DNA of 64,000 nucleotides from the NCBI GenBank assembly GCA_013239625.1, contig MU054391.1, positions 4,359,824 through 4,423,823 on the forward strand, written 5' to 3'. Source of the stretch: Lama guanicoe (taxonomy: Eukaryota). Each line of letters opens with the position of its first letter. Positions within the stretch are counted from its first letter, which is position 1. This document shows, one piece after another, positions 51,062 through 63,720 of this stretch. The position numbers and the translations under genes were made by a program. The notes under the pieces were generated by a model that searched no databases, was not told the DNA's origin, and saw only the letters and a program-made list of their open reading frames with translations.

Positions 51062-53589
51062 GCTATGTGGCTGTGGATTTAAATCATGGACTCAAGTAAT
51101 TAGAAATATGACTTTATTTATTTGTTTGTTTCTTTGTTTATTTTACAGTGTATCTTACTGCCCATCTTGGGCTCACATTTCAACCTATCACAGAAAAGTA
51201 ATCTTTACCAGTTTAAGGAAAATTTGGTCACTTCTAATTTCTCTTCTCTGTCGATCTGTAAATTCAGATTTTTTTCCCCCTTCCTTCCTGCCTTCATCCG
51301 GGGTTAACAGCACTCCTGGTAGGCTCACGGTTCACAGGACAGGTGGAGGAGGGCCATCCTGTTGAGGTCAGGCTGTGCCCTCCTCGGAAGTCCCTCTGAA
51401 TGGGGCTCTTAGACCCCCTGCACCCCCTTTTATGACCTTTGAACTGTCATGATCTCTGCTTTGGGACATGGGTACCCAAAATGCCTTTTCATTGGCTCTT
51501 ATCTCCACTGGTAAAGAATGAAGGCTTAAGACATGTTGGAAAATCTGTGATCCTCCCCCCCATGCCGAGCTGGGTGATCCTGGGAGCCTTTCCTGCTCAG
51601 TTCCAGTCTGGCTGGGGGAGCCCATGAAGAGTCCCTAGGCTAGATTCTGTAAAGGTAAGATATAGGTTCCCTTGTTTTGGGTCCCCCACACTGAGGGACG
51701 TTCATTGACTAACACCCCAATTGGCCCCTTTCTAAGATGGAATCTGAAGTGAGCAGACAGTGCAAAACCCACACCCAGTCTAACTCTTGCCTGAATCCAG
51801 CTCTTCGGAACAAATCTGACTAGCTCAGCTGGTGTGTGCAGCATTTAGATTCCCTTTCTCTGGGATACAGGTGGGATACAGAAGAGAAAAGGGACCAGTT
51901 ATGTCCACAGTCTATGAAATCCTATTCTTTGGAGATATATTGGATGCTAATTCCTTCAGGTTTTGGCTCCTGATAATCAAAACTAAATTCTGAAAATCCA
52001 AGCTAAGTTATGACTAGTCTTTCTGACTTTTTCTAATAAAGAGCCAACTGGTAGGGGCAGTGGGGAAACACGGAGAGAAACAATTTCAAAGCACACAACT
52101 TAGTTTCAGACATGACCCCCAATGCTCTTGCGTATAGTGTCCTTTTTTTTTTTTTGTATGTGGCACGGCAGGCTCCCCAGAGAGGAGGCAGGGAGCATCC
52201 TTCTTCCTTGGAACAGTGAGTCCCAAAGGAAAGAGCTGGAGTCAGTCTAACCAGGCACAAGCTTTAGTTCAACCTCAACACTTGTGAGTTCTGTCACTGT
52301 GGGCACTGGGACAAGCACACCTACTTTAAATCTAAAACAAGCCATTCAGTTTTTTTTTCTAAATTAATTTCTCAGTCATGTGTACCATGAATACAGTACC
52401 AGGTGTCCTATGAATATAGTAAAATGTACACTCATTAACAGTATGTAAATCTGATTGTATTTTTTTTTCAGTTGCATACCGTCCAGTCTCTAATCACCAT
52501 GTCATTCTCGGCACTTCCTCAAGTCTAACTGTCACCCCAGTATTAGCGAGGGGCTGAATGTCAAGGAGGAGGTGAGGATTTCTGTCGTCTGCATTACTTC
52601 ATAATACCTTTTTCTTAATGATAATTCCAGGGGATTTTTATCTGAAATAACAAAATACACATATTAAAATGCCCATGGGGTCAAAGCAGCCTTACCTTAT
52701 TAAACGCATGCATGGAGATCGCTTTTACTTACATTGCGTATAAATGATTAAATGATAGTGACTAATTTTTCTTATTCTCAAACTTTTTTCACTGATGTTT
52801 AATTTTTTGGTATTTCATGTGACATTAGAGTATTAAACTGTTTCTCTAGTTACTATTGAATAAGCACCAATATTAATAATGCAGAATGAGCATATTATAA
52901 TACAGATTTAAACTTGTGAATAACTTCATAATTAACCAGTGGTTAATTGAGCTAATGAAGCATATTTAATTAACAGTAATGACAACTAGCTTGTATAGGA
53001 TGAACAAGATTCATGTGAATGCCATCACGTTGAACTCTGAGCACGACCTTGAAGGGGGTGTACGGTTATTCCTGCTGCATTCAGAAAGAATTGGAGACTC
53101 AGTCCATTTGAAGTACGTGCCCCAAATCCCACAGTTAATACATTGTGGAAACAAGATTTGAATCCAAATCTGTCATTTGCCTGCGTTTTCCACAACTGAT
53201 CAGCCTCCTAATTAAATCTATACATTCTGAGTTGGGCAGAACAGTTCTTTTCTTCTTAGTAAGTCCAGTCCGTTCCCTGCATGTTTCCTGAGTGCGTCCC
53301 TCACCTTGTTAAGGAAAACACGAAGGCTTTGCCCTCATCATGCATCTCTCTGATGCAAAGTGAGGGCTCTGCCATCTTTTCCACTTCGGTTACACTGCTA
53401 AGAGGCCAGCCCAGCTCCCTAACAGTGTGAAAACCTATTACACATAAGGCTTCTTCAGAGCTGCATGCTCCGTCCGTTACCAGCCAGAGAAAAAGAGAGA
53501 GAGAGAGAACCACTAACCGCTCCTTGCTGCATAGACCACGGTCGTTAGAAGCTAAATGGATGCGATAAATTCCAGACCTTGCAAAGAAG

Positions 53590-53845
53590 TCGGTTTTCCC
53601 TGGAAAACCTGTTTGCAAATGGTACCCTGCCTTGGCACTTTCCCACTTTCTGAGTTTTCCACATCTGCTATTTAAATATAACAGCACATATGGTAGCATC
53701 GTTTTGCAAAGTGATATAGAGAAGACGAAAAAGCCATTACCTTCCCTGCTGCCCTCCCCTGCCCCTCCCCACTGTCGTGTTGAGGATCTGTAGGGACCTG
53801 AGCGCAGCCACCCTGCACCCACCTTCCCTCTCCTACGTCACCTGC
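53590..53845 (-). promoter_or_regulatory. Candidate promoter/enhancer motif cluster
   Basis: Palindrome GGTTTTCCctGGAAAACC (53592-53609), E-boxes CATCTG/CATATG/CACCTG, TATA/MEF2-like TATTTAAATA (53669-53678), C-tracts forming a GC box or G4 (53752-53770), and a CRE half-site TACGTCA (53834-53840). Motif evidence only. Confidence 0.35.
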
Positions 53846-54534
53846 CCCCGTGTTTCAAGTCCTCTTCCACCCAACCATCCAAATCCCATTCACTGGAGAT
53901 CAGTGGGTCCCAAGCGGCACATTTCTTACGTGCTATTAGCACAGGCATTTTATAATGGATGGAACCTTCATAATTGCTCTACGTTGCTCTGTTTAAGATG
54001 TGAAAAGGCTGTTCAAGTTTCATTTGGTGGCAGAAGTTGGAGCAATAAAAAACCTCTTAGGTCACCTCATCTGTCCCTCTGCCAGCACCCCCTGTGCATC
54101 ATCTCAGCCGACTTTTTAAATGACACAAGTGACCAGCCGCTACTGCCAGGGAAATTGTTCATTGGTCTAATAAAATTCCACGGTAAAAACCCTCCCTCCT
54201 TTCTGACTGAAATGTTCCTCTTCTAATTTGATTCTGTTCACTCTCAGCTGAAGGGATTTCCCCACTAAATGGCTTTGCCCCACCATGCACATGTCTGTCA
54301 CCCTCCCCAGCTGCAGGGCTGAGCTTAGAGCTGGACCAGGTGGGACCTGTAGGAGGAAGTGCTCCCAACTGCCTTCAACTCTATGAGCAGCTCTGATGCT
54401 CAGGACCAGGAGAGTGGGCGGGGGACACAGCGTAGCTGAGGGTGGAATCAGGCTCGCCCAGAACCCTTCAAGGAAACCAGGTCAGTTTCTCCAAAGGTGT
54501 ATTCTGGAACCAAAGACCTGGAATCACTCTGAGG

Positions 54535-54863
54535 TCTGGCTACCCAGCATGTGGTCTGGGGCCAGACGCATCGGCATTGCCTGGGAGCCTGTTAGAAATT
54601 CAGATTTGCAGGCCCCATTCGAGACCTGCTGAATCTGAACCAGCATTTAACAAGGTCTCCAGGTCTTTCCTGGGCACATCAGTGTTGGGAAATCCTGCCA
54701 AGTCCTGGTTCTCAAAATAGGTTCAGTGGAATCACTTGAGGAACTTAAAAAATTTCAGTTGCCTGGAGCCGGCCTCCAGAAATTCTCACTTAATCGGTGC
54801 AGGATGTGGCTGTGCATGTGGAATTTCAAATCTCTAATGTTCAGCGAGGTGCGGGAACCGCTG
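54535..54863. mobile_element. Tandem pair of MER5-family hAT elements (MER5A 54535-54697; MER5A1-like about 54704-54863)
   Basis: 'gcatcggcattgcctgggagcctgttagaaattcaga...cctgctgaatctga...catttaacaag' followed by 'tggttctcaaa...gaatcacttgaggaactt...gaaccgctg'. Outer TSD-like ctctgagg / ctctaagg. Confidence 0.88.
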
Positions 54864-56802
54864 CTCTAAGGCACACGTCCAGCCAGCCTCGGGGTCCCCT
54901 GGAAGCGCGTCACCCTCAGCACCTCCTTGCAGCCCACCCTGGCACAGCAGTCGCGTCACCCCTGGGTGCACCTGGCCTCAGCCCCCCGTTCCTGTCCACC
55001 TGGCACGGGGAAGCACAGTGAGGAGACCACGGGCTCTAACCCCGCTCTGTGTTTTTAGCTCTGCGTCTTGGTGTCAGCTTGCTTTAAGATGAGGTTAACA
55101 AGGCACCTGTCTCTTCCTGAGAGATGCTCAGATGGCAGGCTGAACAAGCCCTTTCATCCTTCTCCCTCTAAAGAACCATTGAACTAACACTGAAGAAATT
55201 TCCATGAAACCAAAATCATCTCCAAAGTGGGAAAGGGGCAGGGGTTGGCTGTCAGCTAGCACAGAATTTCAAGCAACTTCTGAAAGATGGAAAATGGCTG
55301 GAAGCCTGTTGGCAACTGAACCAGCAGGGAAATGTAGGTCCAGAGAACTCTGGAGGGAGAGTGGGCAAGCTCATCTTCCCAAGAGCTCCCCTGGGAGGTT
55401 CCGCGCTGAGAGCTCACAGAACCAGGAGGTGGGGTGGAGGTGGAGCCGGACCAGCTGGCCTGAACCACCAGCCACAGTTCCATTCAGCACCCACCCACCC
55501 GAGCCTGGCCATGGGAAGGCTGTCAGCTGGCTTTTCCTGGCCTCTCGTTCTCTTTTCCCAGAGATGATCCATCAATCTGGTTTCCATGTCTTGTGGATGC
55601 ATCTCCTGTTGACCTTGTCATGCAGCTCTGGGGTGTTTGTCTCTCTCTAGACTGAGAACCCCTGGAGTGCAAGGCCAGGCCTTTGTCATCTTGCCAAACC
55701 CGTGATCTCCAGGATCTGCTCTAATAGTGCTGATTGAAAGAAAGTGATTTTTCTAATTGCTTTCATTGCAATCCATGGCCTGGAAGCTTCTCTCTTTGCC
55801 CAGCATAGGATACAAAAACATACCTGGGGCTGCTGTCCCTCAGCCAGCCAGCCCCCACGTTCTTCTTCTGACCCCACAGTACACATACACCACCTCCTTC
55901 CAGAAGCACTACTTTCTAGCCATGCAAAATACAAAAGCTCAAAATAAAGGCATATTTTGCAAATGGCCAAATGCTGCACTATGGGTTTCCTAACTGCCAT
56001 CTCTCACAAGATGACATTTCCTTAGGGAGTTACCCTCTGTCCTTAGTCTGCTCCTGAGCCTCACCTGTTCAGAAATCTTAATTTATCATCATCAAAATAG
56101 AGATTTATTTTTTTCGTGACAGTCTCCCATTAATCAAGCTAGCAAGACTGATTTATAAACCAGATGCTAATTTGTGGCTGATCCACCCACCTTTTATGTC
56201 CCAATTCTGCCTTTAGATGTGTTAATGTAGTCAGTTAAGGCTCTCACTTCTTTAAAGCTAAGATTTGCAAACTTGGGAGCTGTGCTGATGCGTGAAAGTA
56301 CTCTTTCCTCTCGCTTCTCCTGAGCCAGGCTGATTTCCCCGGGAGCACTAAGTTCTCTCCACTGCTCCTTCCATGGGAGAGGAGACACCCTGATTGCCCT
56401 GCTCTGAATGCCCCATTCTGTCTTTACACTCAATTTTCTCTCCACCCGAATGCCTTTTCTAGACTCACCTATTTACTCTGACATATGTATTTACTTTTAT
56501 TTTAGGATCCAACCCACATGACACTCTTGTTATAAGCTTTTCTTGAATCCCCTAGGCGGCTCCTTTGAAAGCAATTCACACTTTGCCCATACTTCTATGA
56601 AAAAAACTCATTTTGTGCGAGACAACATTTAGTTCTAGGACTGTAGAGACAGGTCAGACACATCTCTGCTCTTGAAGAATCAAAGATTAGTGAAAGAGGC
56701 AGAAATTTGAACACAGCGATTTCATGATTTTATCTGGTTTTGGCCTCTGGACAGGGCTGTCATAAGGAAATCCCATTTCCCATTCTCTGTCCCGTTGTAA
56801 CT

Positions 56803-57370
56803 ATGTAAGTCAGAGTACTTGGTTATAAGCCAAAGAAACTGAGTCTGGCTGAAATAAGTGTAAAAGGACTGTATTAAAATGTTGCAAGATGAACTTCCAA
56901 AAATCACTGGGAGGACTTGAACACTAAATGTATTGGCAGATCACTAGGAGCAACGCCCCCAGATCACACGAACTGGTCTGCCGGGAACAGCCCTATTGCT
57001 GCTGTCCGGCCATAGCCCCGGCACTTGCGCTCCCTGTGACACCCAGCCAGGCCCCAGGTGTTGCTCCCAGCACCCCTTCTCAGTATGCAACCACCACTGT
57101 CACGCCATGGATTCTCTGGCGTCTCTGCATCACTGTGTCACTGAGTGTTTACACTGTGGCAAGTCTGTCTGGCAACGGATCCTAAGTCTGTACCCAGGCT
57201 ACAAGGGAGTCCATTGGGGCAAGAACCTGGTGTATGAAGCTTCTGCACTGGGAGGTAGGTTCTAGGATCCATCAAGGCTCACAGCGACCTATGAAAGTAA
57301 CAGAGTTCTCCAAAGAGAGGAAAGATGCTCAGATGCTGGGCAGCCCAAAATCAAGAAGTATCCTTTATAA
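56803..57370 (-). mobile_element. Old MaLR LTR (MLT1M/N-like)
   Basis: 'tgtaagtcagagtacttggttataagccaaagaaactgagtctggctgaaataag...agatgctgggcagcccaaaa'. Confidence 0.7.
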
Positions 57371-57568
57371 TAAATGTCTTGTTAAGGAAGCAGGAATATT
57401 GGAGGGAGCTCATCACAATGGTGCAGGCCAAGGTCCACCTGAGAACAAGGCCCTGACGATGCTTAGATTGGGGCTGGGGAGGTGAGCAGGGAGAAGCATG
57501 GGGACCTATCCTTTTCCTTCTCCTAAAGGGAAGTAGATAGAAACACATATAGAATTAAGTGTAGGATG

Positions 57569-57841
57569 AAAACACACTATGGTTACCAAAGGGGAAAGGG
57601 CAAAGAGGAATAAATTAGGGGTTGGGGATTAACAGACACACATTACTGGATGTAAAACAGATAAACAACAAGGACCTGCTGTAGAGCACAGGGAACTATA
57701 TTCAATTTCTTCTAATAACATATAATGGAACAGAATCTGAAAAGGAAATATATATATGTATGCATATGTATAGCTGAGTCACTTTGCTGCACACCCTAAA
57801 ACTAACATTGTAGATCAACTACACTTCAATATAAAAAAAAA
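57569..57841 (+). mobile_element. 5'-truncated cetartiodactyl-type L1 3' UTR
   Basis: 'tatggttaccaaaggggaaaggg...aaacaacaaggacctgctgtagagcacagggaactatattcaa...tcaactacacttcaat' plus poly-A. TSD agaattaagtgtaggatg (57551-57568) / agaattaattg-aggatg (57842-57858). Confidence 0.95.
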
Positions 57842-60800
57842 AGAATTAATTGAGGATGGAGAGGAGCCCTGGAGAGTGTTTAGTTTAACTGCCTCATCTT
57901 ATATATTCCACACTCAAAGGCTCAGATCTTACCCAAGGCACAAGGCTGAGCAGGAAGGAGTCAAGCTCAAACTAATACTGAAATCTCCGGCTCTCTTTCT
58001 TTATCTTTCCACTAATTCGTTTTTTGAAAACATTTACTCTCTAAATGACTTCTGAAGGATTCTTGGCACAATATAGGTTTCTATGCATGTTGGTCTGTGA
58101 TGGGTCAAAATGGTGTCAGTAAGTCTGGCCATAGTAACTACATCTAACTATCAGACTCTAAACTACGTAATTAAATATTGCCCAGGAAATGTCCCAGATC
58201 CTCCAGGCAATCATTTTTACAAGACCAGACACAATAGCTTAGGGAAATTTCACTGCCCATAACGCAGGTTTTGAACGTACACTATTTTGATTTGCTCTGG
58301 TCCAACAGTATAAATCTTCACACTCTGATTGGTTGATGAGTACAGTTGAGTGGTTCATTCTGGTTGAGGGTGAGATATAAAAAGCATGTTTGGGAGAGTT
58401 TTCTAGCAACGAGCGCTCCACGCAGACCGTTTGGGTGATAGATGATGCATCCGATGGCCACATTAGTCATTCAGGTTTCAATCTCTCCTTCTGGGCTCTT
58501 TAAAATCCAAGCTGTGAAACAGCAGCTGAAACTTTACGTCTGGCCACTGCAGCCAAGACCGCACAATGGGGCAGGCATGCTTGCAAAATGTGGGGCAGCC
58601 TGCTGTGGGCACAGGCGGGAAGTCTGTTAGTGGATCATGCTCAGGAGTTCATAACTCCTGTTATTTTATAAGACCCTCAGCCTGGAAAAGGGCTACTTCT
58701 TTGTAATTCAGAGCCAAAGGGGAGGGCTTTAAGAAGAAAGAAGCAAATGGTTTCCTCTGACTTGAAGCCAAAATGAGAGTCAAGGTTTTCCCCATCATTG
58801 AGGAAGGGCAGAAAGTTTCAACATCGAAGCAAAGGTCTCCAGGTCTTGAAAACCATCACATGATACTGTGATGTTCCATAGGAACCTCACTTGGAACTGT
58901 TCCAAAGCTGAACTCCCCACCTTCCAACTAAATCTGGTCCTTCTCTGGGATCCTTCCTTAGCTGCTGGTATTATCTCCCACCTAATCACCTCTGCTAGTG
59001 TTGGGTGAAGGTTTAGAATGTTGCTATTCAGACTGACAGAAACACTGATTACAGCCATTTCTGACTCCTAGGGAAGAGACTAACTTTCCTCCTAGTTCTG
59101 TAACTCTTCTACTTAGCAAAGTATCTTAAGTTGCCTATTTTGCATGGAAATTGGAAGCCCCTGAGACTTGATCTGGAAAAGAAGAGGCGAATTGCTCAAC
59201 AATACAAAATAATAGGAGTTGGAATATGTTTGGGTGCCCTAAGAGGGTAAGATGACCCAGAAAGAAAAAATGGAGAAGAAATAAGAGGCATATGATGAGT
59301 CATGAAGTACATTTTGTAGATAAAGGTGAAGTCAGAGACGCAAGTTATCATGAACAACCATTGGAAAAAGTTGTGCTAGTAGCCTGTGTGATTCTGAGAC
59401 CAGCAAAGCCTTAACATGAACAGACAGAGGGCAGGCACAAAGATGGTCCCTGGGCAGTGATGCCAACCCTCCCAGGGGGAAAGCTGTCCCAGTGGGGCAG
59501 GCAGGTAAAAGCTCCATTAGATGGATGTGGCAAACACAAGTCATTCTAGGCAGATGGCTAATCTAAGGGGCGGCACTGGGAGGACCACAGGGTCGGGTAG
59601 CAGACTTCTGAGTGACAGCTTGTAAGGGTCATGAGCATCACCTGATTCTGATCAGGGCTCCCATATCCTGCCGTCAGAGTCTCTACGTGAGGGAACAGCC
59701 ACTGAATTTTGTTCTGCTTCTTTTTCTCTTCTTTGAAGTCTGGGTTCCTTCCAGATGGCCCTGGCATGTGCAGATACAGTTGAACATTTTCTGGGGAAGA
59801 GTGGAAGCTATTGAATCCTTCTCAGAAAAGCTCCATGGGCAGAGAAGGGGGATACAAATGGAATGCTATTCAGAGAATCCTACGAAAGACTCGTGAAGAA
59901 ATTCCCCGGCCTTGGGACCGTGTTATTTCCTGGCGTGATGGTCTAAGTTTCAAAAAGTAAAAGAAAACACAACTGTCCTACAAATATAAACACATATGCC
60001 AAAGACTTTTTTCTTCTCATTAGTTAATGAGGAAGCCACTAAGACGTTAATGCTGATTCGCAATGAAAATTTGAGGCGCTGGATATTTATAAGATTACAA
60101 AGGACTTTTAGACAAGTATTGCTAGGTTAGCTGTCGAATTGATTAATATTCTATAAGGGCATATGCCAGAATCTTTGGGGCTAACGTTTCCCACTGGTCC
60201 GAAATTATTTGCATCTCTATCAGATAAAAATCTCCACATTAAAGTCTGCCCCTGCAGGGTGGCAAAACATCCCAGTTTATAGGAAGTCAATCAAAGGGCA
60301 CAGCACCGCATTGAGAAAACACCCAGGAGTCTTTTTTGCTTATAACCAAATTTCAGATAATTTTTATCACACTAAAATGCTTTCAGGCACCTCCCCTTAG
60401 GACTTTCAGGCAAAATTATGTTAACATGAACTAGAAAAGACAGTCCAAAGATCCTATTAATTTTGGATTATCTTTAAGGTAAGAATAAGATGTGAAAACA
60501 ATGTGAAAACAAATGTCCCAGCCAATGAGGCTCCAAGAAGGACCTAGATAGTATTTGGACAAGTTAAAAGAACAGATTGCTCAGTGCCACGTGTGTGAAG
60601 GGATATTTTTTCCCCTCCTGACACAGATGGAAGGATTTCTTGGAGCGCAGACTCTCAGAGGAACACATTCTTTAGCTTGTCTTCCAGTACATGAAGGGTT
60701 AAGTTGATTTTTTTTTTTCATATAGGACGCTTACACTAAACTACCCATCTAGGGAAAATTGTCCTATTCCTGTTTGCTTTCTCTGAGCTTACCCAAAGGA

Positions 60801-63074
60801 ATTAGGTCATCTATCACTGAAAAGAAAGAAAATATTGGGTTCGAAATGTTGGCCTCCCTTTTAAAGTGCCTTTAATACCTTACCCTTCAGAGGGAGGTAT
60901 TTTCTCATACACAGGTCTCAGAATAACCTTTTATTTCAGAAGACTCTCCTAGCAGTTACCTCTTTTGTTAGTCCTGCACTGAAAGCTTGAGTAGACCCAT
61001 TGATGTTTGTATGACGTGGGGATGCAGGAAGAATTGCTTTGTAAAAAGTAAGCGCTCCCAGAGTGCTGAAAGGGAGCCTGCCTAGTCTAGAGGGAAGTTT
61101 GTGGGTCCCCAGCAAGAAAGTATTCTGCAACACTATGAGCCCCGCCTCTTAGAAACTAAAGGGTCCCTGGGGCCATTTCCACTGGCCACAATTTCTTACA
61201 CCTCTGCTTCTTTGCTGAATCTGCAATGAACAGACACGAAAGCAACCTTCCCTGAGACCTCAGCCCAGCTTCGTGGTCTAAGCAGACTCACCAAACAATC
61301 TGCACTGTTTTATCCTCCAGGACTTTTCCTGCTCTAGGAAAGGGAAGAACTGAATGCATCCGCCAAATATCTTTATAGCCAGAATTTTCACTCTAACAAA
61401 AAGATTTCCAAGTCCTAGTCACATTTAGATCAAGGCACATTAACATAACAGATTTCGAAGTCTAACTCAAGAATTTTGATGATCTATTACAGTTTGTCAT
61501 AATGGGATTTGGCCTTTACCATAATTGAGGGCGAGAAACACAGAATTGGAGCCCTAAGTCCAAAATTGCTGGGTAGAGGAAGCTCTCTTCAATCACGTTA
61601 TAGGATGCATTGATTGCTGGAAATATCATCTTACTCATTCCATGTGTTTCTAGCTTTCAGTTTTCTCAGTGCCATAAGCCTACCTAATTTTACCGTGGGG
61701 CATCTGTAGACATATTTCTAACATGGAACAAAAACTTCAATAAATCTATCCGGTTAGCTGTGTATGCCATTATAGCTTCAGGGTTCTTTTTTTTTTAATT
61801 TTATTTTCTTCCTTTCTTTCTTTTTCTAAGCAAGTTAATCATATTTAAACTATTGAAATGACCCTTTTCCTGTTTCCAAGCAGAAATTCAGAACTTATTT
61901 GTGTATAATGTTCGAACGCTAACAAATAATGCCTTGGCCTGGCATGCTCTGAATCCACCACTTAAGTGGAAACTGATACCTTAAAGTCATAAACCCTCTG
62001 CCAGGGACAACCAACCCATCAGCAAACCGAGAAGCCTAACGATGCCCTTGCTCAGGAGGCAGCGCCTGGGTCAGGGAGGGAGGACGCCAGTACACAAGTC
62101 AGTACGGCCCCCGGAGAGAAACAGAAGGTGTGCTGATGGAAAGCACAGGCCTGGGGTCCCCCACCGAGGGTGACAAGAGCGCTTTGGGGACCGTTTTGAA
62201 CATTTCTCACATACTTTTAGCTTTGGGGAAACACGTGCCTTCTCTTTTATATTCACATCTGTTTCCCATGTTAGGCTATAAACATCGTCAGGGAACACAC
62301 AGCAGTCCTTTCTGTACTTCCATATACCTGAGCTGTGCGTTCAGATGGGCTTCCCAGGAACAACGTGCAAGAAATACACAACCTGAGTCCTTCTCTTGCC
62401 GTGTGGGCTCTGAGTAATAGTAAACATGCTGTCACTTTCATCCCCCAAAGCAGAAACACATGAGGCGAGGAGGATGGCTTTAGAATGTGTTCTTCATCTC
62501 AGGGTCCTGTCCTCTGGCCATCTCCTAAGCACACATATGCACGTACACACACTCATGCACACAGTCACACGTGAGCTGTGTGTGCAAACTTGCAAAGATG
62601 TGGTGCAGGGCTGGATGGAGAGCTCACGGTGAGTCTCGGGAGTGCAGGGAAGGGGTCGGGGTGGGGGGTGCAGGAGTCTATGAGAGCCATGTGGGCCCTC
62701 CCAGCCCTGGGTGAGGAATCTGATCTTGGTTGAGGTGGCCAGAGGTGGGAACCCCACTGGGACCCTGACTTTGATGCATGTAGTCAAGAAGGGAGGTGGC
62801 AGGAAGATCCCATAGGATCCGGGAGATGCTGTGAGGACAAACGAGAAAGAAGACCATGGCTGGGAGAGGAAGAAAGGGTTTTCCCTACGCTGTGGGCAAA
62901 TCTGAGTGGTCCAGCCATGGCCGGAGGTGAACAGAGATGTGGGAAAAACCAACAAGACACTTTGAAACTGGGGTGGGCGGCGGGATACCCACACTGAGGC
63001 TGTGGCTGGGGGATCCAGGCGGGGAGCTCATGGATGCTGAGTGACCTCACGTCCTACCAAAAAAGACATCGTCT

Positions 63075-63666
63075 GCTGGGTACCCAGGATGGGACATTAT
63101 TCTGCTGGGAAAAGGAAGGAAAGTCTGCTGTTTCCAATAACATGGAAGGAACTCAGGGGCATTAGACAAAGTGAAGTAAGAAAGAGAAAGACGAATACTG
63201 CATAGTGTCACTTATAGATAAAATCTTAAAAAAAAAAAATGTCAAACGCATAGAAACAGAGAGTAGAAAAGTGGTTTGCCAGGGGCCGGTGGGTGAGGAA
63301 CCTAGGGAGAGGTTGGTAAATGGGGATGAACTTTCGGCTCTGAGATGAATAAGGTCTAGGATGCGAAACATGATGATGGCTGTAGTTAATAATATTGTAT
63401 CGGACCATTGACATTTGCTAAGAGAGTAGAACTTAAATGTTCTCAACGACAAAAAAGAAGAAGAAAAAGAGGAGGAGAAGGGGGAGGGGGAGGAGAAGAA
63501 AGCAAGCAAAGGAAAGGAAGAAAGATGCCTGCGTGAGGTGACGGCTGTGCTGACTGGCTAGATGGGGGCGCTCCTTTCACAGCCCGCAGGCGCGTCATCA
63601 GGACGTGTGCTTTAAATACTTGTGATTCTGTTTGTCCGTTACGCTTCCCTGAAGCTGAAGAAAAAG
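63075..63666 (+). mobile_element. L1 (L1MA9-like, laurasiatherian) ORF2 end and 3' UTR
   Basis: 'acatggaaggaactc...aagtgaagtaag...agaaagacgaatactgcatag...catagaaacagagagtagaa...atttgctaagagagtagaacttaaatgttctca'. Confidence 0.9.
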
Positions 63667-63720
63667 TCATGATGATACTATTTTTTAAAAAAGAAAGAAA
63701 GATTGCAGCAAGACTTCAGT

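Noticed and set aside
53301..53822. Longest ORF in the track (173 aa, minus)
   Set aside because: Non-ATG start, runs through a (TC)n tract, no recognisable domain. Only its last ~24 codons are kept, as a speculative first exon.
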